A DNA stretch of 63,642 nucleotides, filler included, from Octopus bimaculoides (lineage: Eukaryota), in the NCBI RefSeq assembly GCF_001194135.2. It is 6 parts of 4 records of this genome, joined end to end, with 100 filler letters (N's around TTAATTAATTAA, not from the genome) between each part and the next. Parts side by side here need not be neighbours in the genome. Positions count along the whole stretch, not along the records: positions 1 to 23,551 come from NC_069004.1; 5 more parts are not named here. One strand, given 5' to 3'. This document shows, one piece after another, positions 1 to 12,212 of the stretch. Position 1 is the stretch's first letter; the number at the start of each line of letters is the position of its first letter. The notes beneath the pieces are model-generated. The model had not been told where the DNA came from. It saw only the letters and a program-made list of their open reading frames with translations, and ran no database searches. A program made the position numbers and the translations under genes.

Positions 1-6
1 ATAATA

Positions 7-40
<34 letters not shown>

Positions 41-611
41 CACATATATTAAACAGAACACCTACATAAAAACAGTCAATTGGAAATATATTTGAAAAAA
101 AATCAATGTTTAAGTATTTTATTGTTCACAGCGGTGCGGTTGTTGATCCAGTTGTAGTAAGCAACTGATCCTACCCTTAAACCCTTAATCCAGCCGGAGT
201 TCTCAGGTGAGATAATTATCATTAAAGTGTCTTATTATTCTTACCCTCCTATTGAATTTCATTTTATCTTTGTCTTTCTCCTATGTTTTTTTTTATGATA
301 ACAGCAAGACACAATATGATAATATTATTCGGAACGCAAAATTAACACCAGACTTTCCTCCTCTTTCCAACTGTTTCGGCTAAATATCTTAATTCGCTTA
401 CTAACAACTAAATGATCCATGCTTGAAACGAAAACAATTGTTACCTTCCTTCCTCTCAACTGGATTCAGGTATATATATATATATAAACTTGCATAGAAA
501 AATAGATACAAGTATCAACAATAATACTGGCATTTATTATTATTATTATCAGCATATTTTATAGTGAGAAATACATCAAGAGTTTTGCTAATTAAAAACT
601 TAGGCCCATCG

Positions 612-865
612 TGGAACAACCTATACCTTTCATCATTTCGGGATCGATAAAGTAAGTACCGGTCATGTACTCGGGCCAATATAATCGCCTTACTCTCCCC
701 TTTAAAATTGATGGCTTTGTGCCAAAATAGTAACAACAATGATATCAATAATAATAACAATTATTATTATTAATATTATTATTATTATCATTACAAAGGC
801 GGCGAGTTAGCGGAATCGTTAGCACGCCGGGCAAAAGCTTGATGACATCTCGTCCGTCTTTATCC
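612..865 (+). mobile_element. Two tandem fragments of tRNA-derived SINE family A (3' half, AAT tail, then head)
   Basis: Core cctttcatcatttcgggatcgataaagtaagtacc and head ggcggcgagttagcggaatcgttagcacgccgggc match the fuller copies at 17727 and 54879. Confidence 0.75.
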
Positions 866-3022
866 AAATATGGACATATTTCATAGTTTACCTCTGTTTA
901 TTTAGAAATCAGAAAAAATGTAGTGTTGTAGTATTAAGTGCCTCATCATGTAATACTTCTCAAGATGATAAAACTAAAAAAAAAGTATGGATCTTTTTGA
1001 TATTAAACTATTATGTCAACGTCGCAGCTCTCGGAAAATTTAATCACAAACAGGAGATATCGAAATAAAAAATGCGAAAGAAAAAGAAACAGTGAAAGAT
1101 AGAGGGGAAAATTGGTACCTCTTAAGCCTGAGAAACTTTTAAGGATCAGTTTCTTATTTCTGGTTTCATCGCTCAAAATAATAGCGTGATAATTGTTCTT
1201 CAGGATAGGTTACTTGTCATACCTATAAAATTGCTTAATATTTTCATATCTATTATTTACAAGATTGAAGTGAAAGAAAATACTATTCGGCTTTAGAACA
1301 TAATAGAACGAAGTATTTTTGTAAGAACTTTCATATCATTTTATCATTTGTGTACTACAGGTCGCGAAACAGGGTGTATCGGAGAATATTCTTGAACATT
1401 CCATCATAAAACAAATATGAGTGTGTGAATGTATGTATGTATGGATGGATGGATGGATGGAGATATATAGAGAGATAATTCAGCTAAAGTCCTTTCTCGC
1501 TTGCGTAATCATCTCTGGAAAGGCATAAAGTGTCATATTTTCATATTTTTCCATAATGAATTTGAAACCGTGTCACCAGTAAAGTGAAGTGAATACAGCA
1601 ACCAAAAGATATATGTATGTATGTGTATATACTTATAGGTGCGTTTGTGCGGGTATGTGTGTAGTAGAAAGAAAACATTGCGTACATTGAACTAATGTTA
1701 TATAAGGTCGTATGCAATAATATAAGCAGATAGAACGATAAATAATTCAATAAATAGCTAGATAAATGATCACTTATATATATATATATAGAATAACAGA
1801 CAGATAGCTCGATGGTCAGCATAATGTTACTGAAGTTGAACTCCAGGTGAAGGTTTTTTTTTTTTTTGAAAATTGTTTTTAATAACCTATTGAGGTTTTA
1901 CTGCTGAGTGTTTGGTATTGGGTTTTCTTTGTTGAACCCCCAACCTTTTCCCCCTTTCCCCCCTATTTTTTTTCCCTATCATTACTTTTCTATTTTCTTT
2001 TTCTCCTCCTCTTCTTCCTCGTCTTTTTCTTTCTTTCCATTTATTCTTGTTCTCACAGTCATCGCCATTTTGAAGTTTTACCATTTTCTTTTCGCTGAAT
2101 CTTGAAACTTTGCATTAATATGACATTTGAGACAAAAAAAAAAAATAATTAAAACTAAAAGGCAAAATAAATCAAAAAAAAAAAAGCAAGAAAGATGGTA
2201 AAATTCTCTAATAAGATAACAACATATATTATTCCCTGTCGACACTGCTCGGTAAACTGCACGTTTTTTTGCAACTAAACATTTCTTTAAAAAAAGAAAA
2301 AAAAAAGGGAAAACATGAAAATTCTATGAAATCTGTCAAAAGCTGTCAACCAGAAAATAAAAAAATGGCTTACAAATATTTTCATTGTTCACGTAAGTGC
2401 CGTATTCTTCAAATATAATTCGCTTGGTTTTGTATTTATTTTATATTTAGTTATGATTTGATTAACTTGTTATTGTTGTTGCTGCTGTTGCTACTGCTAC
2501 TACTAGCATTGATGCTGTTACTGCTGCTGCCGCCGCTGCCGATGTTATCGATGCTGTTATTGTTGTTGTTGTTTTGAAACACATTTTTTATTAACGCTTC
2601 GTTTTGCTCCAACAAGCTTTTAAGCTATTCTTTTGCTATTGCCATTTTTGTTTTTGCCATTACTAAATGCACCACACACTGACTGAAAGCAAACTTCAAA
2701 CCCTCGCGATCATCATCAACATCATTATTATTACTATTATTATTATTATTATTACTACCCAACATGACAAAAAGTACAATTTAACGTCAGAATAATGGTG
2801 GGAAAAAAATATCACAAATCAAAAGCATCCGTCAACTTATTTATTATGCTGCTAAAAATTAGGCTCTTTTCCCCCGTGTAAGACATTTAATTAATTTTAA
2901 GTTTTTGTAAAGTAAAGTTCACCAGAATTAGTCATTTAGAAAATTATTGTCCTTGTCATTAATGGTTTTAATTAGCTGAAATTTCTTCGTTTGGGACACC
3001 AATTATATTAGTATCCACTTTA

Positions 3023-3096
<74 letters not shown>

Positions 3097-3217
3097 ATAT
3101 AAGATATATACACACATATATACTTGATAATTATACATACAAGCAGACACATGTGTTTATTTTCTTCCCCTATTCACACTGTATTTCTACTAATATTAGT
3201 AGCCACAGTAACATTAA

Positions 3218-3254
<37 letters not shown>

Positions 3255-3399
3255 TATTGTTTTATATTGTTCTCCTCTTCGTAATATTTTGTGCGTTTTG
3301 TTATTTTTCAACATGTTAATATTGTTCAACTTGTTGATTGGTTCTTTGCCGTCTGTTTCAATGTTGTCGTTATTATTATTATTTCGTTTTCTTTGATTT

Positions 3400-3447
<48 letters not shown>

Positions 3448-4400
3448 NNNNNNNNNNNNNNNNNNNNNNNNNNNNNNNNNNNNNNNNNNNNNNNNNNNNN
3501 NNNNNNNNNNNNNNNNNNNNNNNNNNNNNNNNNNNNNNNNNNNNNNNNNNNNNNNNNNNNNNNNNNNNNNNNNNNNNNNNNNNNNNNNNNNNNNNNNNNN
3601 NNNNNNNNNNNNNNNNNNNNNNNNNNNNNNNNNNNNNNNNNNNNNNNNNNNNNNNNNNNNNNNNNNNNNNNNNNNNNNNNNNNNNNNNNNNNNNNNNNNN
3701 NNNNNNNNNNNNNNNNNNNNNNNNNNNNNNNNNNNNNNNNNNNNNNNNNNNNNNNNNNNNNNNNNNNNNNNNNNNNNNNNNNNNNNNNNNNNNNNNNNNN
3801 NNNNNNNNNNNNNNNNNNNNNNNNNNNNNNNNNNNNNNNNNNNNATTAATGGGACTTCTGTCTTGTAGCAACTCAAACATGCTTAAAGTCAGACATCGAC
3901 AATATTATCTTCAGTGGTTTTCTAGTTTTATCTTTGCTAGTTTTATTACATTTCGAATGAGAGTGCTTAAGGAATTATGCAAATTCTCAGGGTATCTTAA
4001 AACGCACCAAATTCATTCTGACAGAAGTTGTCGTCGGCTTTATCTTGTATCCGAAAATCTAGTTTCTTCTTTGCCGAACGCACCCTTTATGGTGGTGGCG
4101 TTGATGACTCTGCAGACCAAATTCTTGCATAGAAGAGTCATGACATTGACTCCATGGTAATGTTGGTGGAGGACGAGGCTGATTTTGCCGAGCCTTTATC
4201 CCCTGACAGAAGTAAAGCAGCTTTATCTAGGATACCAACTATTGTTTGAGTTATAAATATAACAGGATTCAAATTCGCTGCAGGAAATTTATGAAAACCG
4301 CCATTCTTTCAGTGTTCTCTACTACTGCAGCAGTGAGATGCGTCAGTTAACCGCGGCATTAATTTATATAGCCGGGATGTGAGTGGGGAAAAATGACACG

Positions 4401-4481
4401 TTTAATTCAGAACTTTTGAAAACAAGACATTTGTACTAGAGCCAGAGGCGGTTTCAGGCGGGTTGGTATCAAAAGGGTTAA
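4401..4481 (-). mobile_element. Terminus of a piggyBac-like MITE
   Basis: Minus strand begins TTAA-CCCTTTTGATACCAACCC, the TTAA-CCCT end typical of piggyBac. The partner end was not found. Confidence 0.35.
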
Positions 4482-5636
4482 AAGGGATGCACTGAGCCCT
4501 TAAGGTTTTAAAGTGTTTTGGTAATGGGCGGAGTAGACATTAGGATTAGAATGGCTCAGTGATCAGTAATGAAGCTATTAATATGGTTACTTATTAACTG
4601 TTACCCAAAGATGTGTAGACTTAAAAAGAAAGGCTTTATGAACTTTTCAAGAGAAATCATAGATCATATTTCACTAAATACTAGAAGGTATGATAAAGGG
4701 ATACAGATTCGAACGTCCTGCTTTTCTCTGAAGCAGAGTAAGCATAAGTAATACAAGCCTCCCCAGATGTATTAAAGGCATGAGTGAAGTGATGTATGAA
4801 CTTCATGCTTCTCACAGGGGCTTTCAAGTCATCTGTAACATATAGTGAATTTTCCGCTTCTTCTTAGGTCAGTAAAGACCTTAAGTGACTTGTGGTGAGA
4901 TTCATTAGAAGCGCAATTGAAGTGAATTAATTTCAACCAGGAAATGAAACTGTACTGTGGTGCTAACAAGATCAGTTATTAACTTCCTTGCTCTATGCCA
5001 CATACTTCAGTTAAGTTTAGTTTTCTAGAGTTTTCAAAATCTCGTAAATTACGACCATGTTGGGAAACTGAAATTATTCTTTTATTTGATAGATTATTTC
5101 TTTATAATTTAGATAATTATTTTTGAATTATTTTCATTCCTTATTTTCTTTTATTTTTCGTTTTCTTTTGTATATCTATTTGTATTTCTTTTTCTTTTTA
5201 TGTTTGTATTTATGTTTAGTACATTCAATGTGATAAAATAGCATATTCAATTATGAAAAAATAAATACAGACACATACACATATCCAACCACACGGGCAC
5301 GTACATACTCTATCACACACATACAATCACTTCTTGTAGATTTCCACCTATTTATGACGTTAGCATATGGTCACACAGAGTTATACAGTGGATTACAATA
5401 GATTCACATTATAACTATATAACTATGTAGAGTTTCGGATAGAAATCTTTCTATCTTTTCTACATTCTGAGTCCAAAACACACCAAGGTAGAACATGTGC
5501 CATTACCAGTCTACGTTCCAGTCATATATTGGCACATATTCTGCTGGATATAGCTTCTGACGTTGCAAATGGTCAGTTTCAATCTGGTACACGAAAACCA
5601 ATGTATATGTTTGTGTCTGTATATATATATATATAT

Positions 5637-5921
5637 GGTGGTTGTCTACTCCTTAAACAGAGTTTGACCACCTCCTGCACCTACACCTTAGCCCTTTCAT
5701 GGCGTCTGATGTGGCTTTTTAAACCAGACAGTGTTTTGAAAAAACACCCACACAGATTGCACCTCTGATTTGCACTACCAATACCTGCAAGTAAGTTCTG
5801 CTCATTGTGGATCCTAACATGTCTTTTAAGACCCCCATTGGATTTGCAAACCCTCTGGCACACACCACATTCAAACGTGTGCACAGACATATAATCAGAA
5901 TAGCTGGGTGAGGTTTGTTTT
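5637..5921 (-). mobile_element. 3' end of RTE-type LINE encoding two C2H2 fingers, short 3' UTR and (TA)n tail
   Basis: Reads FECGVCQRVCKSNGGLKRHVRIH...RCNLCGCFFKTLSGLKSHIRRHERAKV* (stop 5683-5681). DNA 5785-5915 aligns with 21345-21460 at the C-terminus of the RTE element. About 45 nt of UTR, then (TA)n; upstream is a gap. Confidence 0.75.
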
Positions 5922-7261
5922 NNNNNNNNNNNNNNNNNNNNNNNNNNNNNNNNNNNNNNNNNNNNNNNNNNNNNNNNNNNNNNNNNNNNNNNNNNNNNNN
6001 NNNNNNNNNNNNNNNNNNNNNNNNNNNNNNNNNNNNNNNNNNNNNNNNNNNNNNNNNNNNNNNNNNNNNNNNNNNNNNNNNNNNNNNNNNNNNNNNNNNN
6101 NNNNNNNNNNNNNNNNNNNNNNNNNNNNNNNNNNNNNNNNNNNNNNNNNNNNNNNNNNNNNNNNNNNNNNNNNNNNNNNNNNNNNNNNNNNNNNNNNNNN
6201 NNNNNNNNNNNNNNNNNNNNNNNNNNNNNNNNNNNNNNNNNNNNNNNNNNNNNNNNNNNNNNNNNNNNNNNNNNNNNNNNNNNNNNNNNNNNNNNNNNNN
6301 NNNNNNNNNNNNNNNNNNNNNNNNNNNNNNNNNNNNNNNNNNNNNNNNNNNNNNNNNNNNNNNNNNNNNNNNNNNNNNNNNNNNNNNNNNNNNNNNNNNN
6401 NNNNNNNNNNNNNNNNNNNNNNNNNNNNNNNNNNNNNNNNNNNNNNNNNNNNNNNNNNNNNNNNNNNNNNNNNNNNNNNNNNNNNNNNNNNNNNNNNNNN
6501 NNNNNNNNNNNNNNNNNNNNNNNNNNNNNNNNNNNNNNNNNNNNNNNNNNNNNNNNNNNNATATATATATATATATATACATATGCCCGCACATAATTAG
6601 GAGAACAAACATTCTGAGACAAATGATGTAAGAGAATCTAACATTATATATACATACGCACACATACACAGATACAATCACAGAGACACAAACGTGCTGA
6701 GTTATGCATTTAATTACGGTCACATACGCACTCACGAACTCACAAATATAAGCCACATACATAAACATATGCACACGCTCGTTCATAAAGTAGCGTAGAT
6801 GCACTGCACTTAATGACCCCTGGATCGTGCATGACCGCACATCTTAGTAGCACCATACCGTGATTTGACCAGCAAGACAATAAATAAGAACTAAGCGTTG
6901 GGTTGTGGGTGTGAATCGTAGGTCCAAGTAGCTGAATGGTTACCGAATTTCACTTCGCAACCACGAAGCTGCGGGTTCAATTTCACAAATAACATTTTAA
7001 GCAAATGCTGTTTCTATAATACTGAGTCGACCATACCTGGTGATTAAAATTGGATGGTCGGAAACTGTGCAGAAACATTTCGGGTGGATTGCCTGTAATT
7101 CAAAAAGGTACAACTTTGTTACTGTACCACATTGATTTTTATCTAGAATATGCTTTGCTACTTATACGTTTATTTAGGAGCAGGTAACTCGATTGAACTA
7201 CTGGTTCCTCATCGTCAAACAAATGAGGTCAACCATATATATATATATATATACACATACA

Positions 7262-7308
<47 letters not shown>

Positions 7309-8027
7309 CATGTAAAAATTTTTAAATATATTGCAGATATATTTATATATGGCAAATATTATCTGTTACACAACTCATGAATATGATAAGCAGTTAAATA
7401 TATTCTAAAGTCATGTAGCTGGTCAAATCTGTGTATAGTTTCACACTCAAAAATAGAGCACTTTTATTATTATTATTTATTATTATTATTTATTATTATT
7501 ATTCTCTAACTTTCGCACATTGCTTTCCTTTGCGTACAGTCTTTAGCAGGATCTTAAGTAGGTACACTCAGTTCTGACTCATTATAGACGGCAACAATGA
7601 CGATGACGACAATGACGTTGATGATGAAGACGATGGTTAATACCGACAACCATTGGACATAACGATGAATAACACACCGATAAGAGTCCTTGAAAATGGT
7701 TACCACGCTCTCACTCTCCTGGCCTGGGTGGCAGTGGTGGTCCTGATAAGAATTGAAACCGTTGTCTTTCAGCTTCTGATCACGAGAGTGTCAAACAAAA
7801 CGCTTTGCAGTATTTATTTCCGCCCTTTACATTTTGAGTTTAAATCCCGCCGTGAATAAGTACTGTGGTCGCTTCCATCGATCAGTTTTCTCTTCTCAAA
7901 GTTTAGCCCTTGTTCGTATGTTACAAATAACTTTAAGGGTAGTTGTTTGGCAGAATCATTATAGAATCGAAAAATTAAAATTGCGGTATTTGTTCCGGCT
8001 CACGTTTTAAGAACCGAGATCAAATAT

Positions 8028-8345
8028 AACCCTTCATCCTTTCAGGGTCGATAAAGTACCAGTCATATACTAGACACAATGAAACCGACTCAGCCCTGCC
8101 TTCAACACTTCTGTCCTTCTGCCAAAATTTGAAACAAAGCGGCGAGCTGGCATAATCGTTTGTACGTCGGACAAAATGCTCAGCGGCTTTTCTTCTGACT
8201 CTAAACGTTCCGAGTTCAAAATCCACAGAGATCGACTTTGCATTTCATCCTTTTGGATTCGATAAAATAAGTACCAGCCAAGCAATGGGGTCGATACAAC
8301 AGAGTTGCATCTCCTCAGAAAATGCTGACCTTACGCCAAAGTTAT
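8028..8345 (+). mobile_element. SINE family A: one partial and one near-full copy
   Basis: Head gcggcgagctggcataatcg, B-box-like gttcaaaatcc, core tttcatccttttggattcgataaaataagtaccag. Confidence 0.75.
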
Positions 8346-10706
8346 AAATAATTATTTGTAGNNNNNNNNNNNNNNNNNNNNNNNNNNNNNNNNNNNNNNN
8401 NNNNNNNNNNNNNNNNNNNNNNNNNNNNNNNNNNNNNNNNNNNNNNNNNNNNNNNNNNNNNNNNNNNNNNNNNNNNNNNNNNNNNNNNNNNNNNNNNNNN
8501 NNNNNNNNNNNNNNNNNNNNNNNNNNNNNNNNNNNNNNNNNNNNNNNNNNNNNNNNNNNNNNNNNNNNNNNNNNNNNNNNNNNNNNNNNNNNNNNNNNNN
8601 NNNNNNNNNNNNNNNNNNNNNNNNNNNNNNNNNNNNNNNNNNNNNNNNNNNNNNNNNNNNNACGTGACGTCGGTGATCTTATCTTGCGCACCTTATCGGC
8701 AATACAAGAGTTATTTAGTTTCAAAGAATTACTGCAACATGGTATTCTTATATACAGACTCACAGACTCGACAGGTTTAGCCTCACTAAACATAAATAGC
8801 GAGACATTGTGACAAACGGTCTAATACCATAATAAAGAACCCTGTCTTTTCTTTGCCTTCTCGTCTCCTTTCTTTCCGTTGCGCACATTTCTGGCATGAA
8901 TTTATCACACGATTCATGTAATGTAATGTAACAATAATAATGATGTTGAGCTTTTTGACAGTAAATGTGCTCTGTGATATGTTGGTCTATATGTTGCAAT
9001 ATTGTCACATTATGTATGAGTATCACCGCGCTCAAACAATGGTAGAGAAAAATCAAAGAAAGACAGGTAAGGGTGTTTTCTCGAAAAGTAAGTGTAAAAA
9101 CGCCACGCAGGGTTGTCGAAATGTTTTTTAAAAACGCAGTATGCAAAGAAGTTGATGTTTAATTTCACGACTTTCATAAGATTACAAGCAAATCTCTTGA
9201 TGAGACAAACTATTTTAATGTATTTTTTTAATAAATCTTGAGACAACATGGCCCACTTTAAAGATAGGACGGTAACCCCCAGAAACAGCGATCGAATATT
9301 TGGTCTGACTGGAGCAAAGGGTCTCACTCAAGCAACTCCTTGCTCAATTTTCATCTCTTGTCCAAATACTTTCTATTTTATATTGTATTTTCCCCATGCA
9401 TTTCGACATAAGAAAGCAGAAAGAATTATTGTATTACGTCATCTCTCAAAAAAATTTCCTTTATTCCCAAATTAACTTCCTTTACTACCAAATGAAAAAA
9501 ATTCATGTGGCCGAAAGAAATTCCTTTAAGTTTTAATGTTGTTGTTACTGTTATTATTAGCAGTGTTATCGCTACGCAGTGATTGACAGAATCGTTTGTA
9601 GCGAATCGCTTATGAGAAAGGGAAAACTACAGATACACACATAATTCAGAGACTGAGAAATATTATAAGTGATAACATAAGAATGTTATCATTTATAATA
9701 TTTTGTCATATATATTTTATCAATATAAGCTTTTGTCATATATTTAAATATTTATGTGTATGTAAATCGGTGACCTCAACTTAACTGATTAGCCCAGCAC
9801 AGCACCTACAACGAGAAACAAATTCTGTCCTCTGTGTATAGTTGTTGGCTGTTAAATGAGAAGGAAAACCTGGTGATGAAAACCGGTGAAACAGATGCCG
9901 TCATGGGGATCTGTCAGAATAACAGGATCTGAAAGGAAAGCGCATGAGCTTTATGCTTTCTGAGAGATAGTTCACTTCTTGTACAACTTCGACTCCTGTC
10001 GTGGTTGTAGTAAAGAATGCTCAGTCCATAACATCAATGTTTCGAAACGGCGTCGCGAAACCGCTATCGATAACCAATTTGCATCCAAAAGCAGACAACA
10101 TTTATAGGAGCATATTTTATTCTTAAATAATATAATAGATTAGCTGTGAAAATTTTCCAAAAGGAATATAGCTGATGTATTTCACCATTGTTATATTAGT
10201 AACATGGATGAGGTGGTGCTGTTGCAGATTTTGCAATCAATAATAGTTACGTGACTTCTTAGTTCACATTTAAACTGCAAATCAAATATAAGGGTGCCAC
10301 TTAGTATCATTGGAATCAGAAACGAATATAGTTTTCCCTTTGCCATAACAGATTCACTACACGTTAAGAAGCTCCAGACCAAATGCCCTAAAAGATTTAT
10401 TTACAGCCCCTATATGTTTTGAGCTAGAATACAATGAAGGTCACCTTTCTCTTTCTTCTCTTTAAGAGTGTGTCTATAAAGTACCAGTAATATACTGTGA
10501 CAATTCAAGACTATATCTCCAAGAAATCGGTGACCTTGTATCATTAGAAATTAGTTTGCCTCTCATCCTCCTGGGGAGGGGGCGTTAAAACAAGTCCCAG
10601 ACATGAACTGATGTCTACGCAACCGACTGTACTCTCCTGCAGATCCTATGAACTTCTGTCTATGTTGGATATAGTTATCATTATTATTGTTATTATCGTA
10701 TTTCAG

Positions 10707-10956
10707 GGCACAGCAGAAAAAAGTTCCTGCCCATGAACGTGACTGGACGCAATCCGAATTATTACGCATGATTCAGGCGAATGAAAATGCCAACGAACCG
10801 AAATCTCCAGCCCAGGCTCCCGTGCAGAGCACTCCACGACCTCGTGCAAGCCCACCGAAAAAAGCGGCCCAGCCACCACCACCACCGTCACCTAAACCTG
10901 TCAGCGTTTCGCCTGTACCTCCTGCCTATGTAGACACGGGTGTTTCCGACTTCTAA
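10707..10956 (+). CDS. Terminal coding exon, Pro-rich, PDLIM/Zasp-like (low-moderate family confidence)
   Basis: Acceptor tttcag| (phase 2), then AQQKKVPAHERDWTQSELLRMIQANENANEPKSPAQAPVQSTPRPRASPPKKAAQPPPPPSPKPVSVSPVPPAYVDTGVSDF*. Sharp GC rise over flanks. SELLRMIQ..NEP resembles the recalled SEVYKMLQ..NEP segment of PDLIM1-type proteins. Upstream exons not identified. Confidence 0.7.
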
Positions 10957-12176
10957 AAGCTAAATTTTATCTGAAACATTAGAACGAAGTGCCTTATATT
11001 TTCTCTTCATTTTTTTTTTGCAAAAACCCACCCTCTTCTATGCCTTCTTGCTCTTGTTGTTGGCCTACTATGTATGATAGGACAAGCACCACACATATTC
11101 ATATACATATAAAAGTAATATAATATATAAATTATATATTTATACATGCAATATGCTATATTCATTTATATATATATATATGAAAAATTAACATTTATAA
11201 ATAATAAGCTAAGATAAATTCGCTCTAAAAGATATAGAATATGATACACTGATATAAATTATAAGCACCATGAACCATATAATATACGTGATATGATAAG
11301 GATATAAATATTATATGGTTATGATATTAATGGAATACGGTATGGTATTGATATAAAAGTCGATGTGTAGATGCATGGTATAATATTACTTCGCCATATT
11401 GCACAATAAATCTAGTTATAGATAATACCATCTATTATATAGTAATAAAATAAAACAGGAATAGATGATAACTAACTAATATGCCGTTTATTGTTTGTAA
11501 AGAATAGATTTATATAGGGGAGCTGACTATTAATTCAGCGGAGGAGGGCACTTGAAAAGATATTTAGCAAATTAACACCATTAATGTAGACGTTGACGTG
11601 GTGATGTACGCAAAACGACGAGCTAACAAGAAAGAATGAACATAAAAGACCAAGCCTATTATTATTATTATTAGTATCATTATTATTTTTATCAGAAATA
11701 ATCGCAAATAATAATAGCTGTAATAACAACAGCAATAATACTAGTGACAAGAGTGATAATTTTAAAAATTGATATATGGTCAAATCAATAATACTTTCTT
11801 CGTCACTAGAACATCTGCGCAAAGGTTAGAACTAATAATTTTACAAATGATAAAAATAATATTAACAATAAGGGCAACAACGACATCAAGAATGCAAGGT
11901 TTTTTTTTTCTCTCTTTCAATGTTTGCTAACATAGGTGGTGCGTGATCGACAGCTCTAACCACTTCCGGTATGGTTACATCAACGGCAGGTGTTAAGGTA
12001 GTTTCAGAAGCAAAAATTAAAAAAACAAAACAAATTGAATAATTGTTTAATGGGAATTATTTCATATTTATCGAGATTATGGCTCTTAACATTTTCTAAC
12101 TTGAAATAAGAGTTATTTGCCCGATTGTCTTCCATATTGAAATTAATTTTTCGATATATACACACGCATATACGCA

Positions 12177-12212
<36 letters not shown>

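Noticed and set aside
132-207. Exon-like segment cacag|...ctcag|gtgaga
   Set aside because: Stops in all three frames; could only be non-coding and cannot be supported.
3847-4200. Moderately GC-rich tract, possible transposase relic
   Set aside because: No convincing motif in any frame; all frames interrupted.
5681-5921. Host C2H2 zinc-finger gene
   Set aside because: DNA is homologous to the C-terminus of the RTE LINE at 21.3-21.5 kb, lacks TGEKP linkers and ends in a retroposon-type tail.
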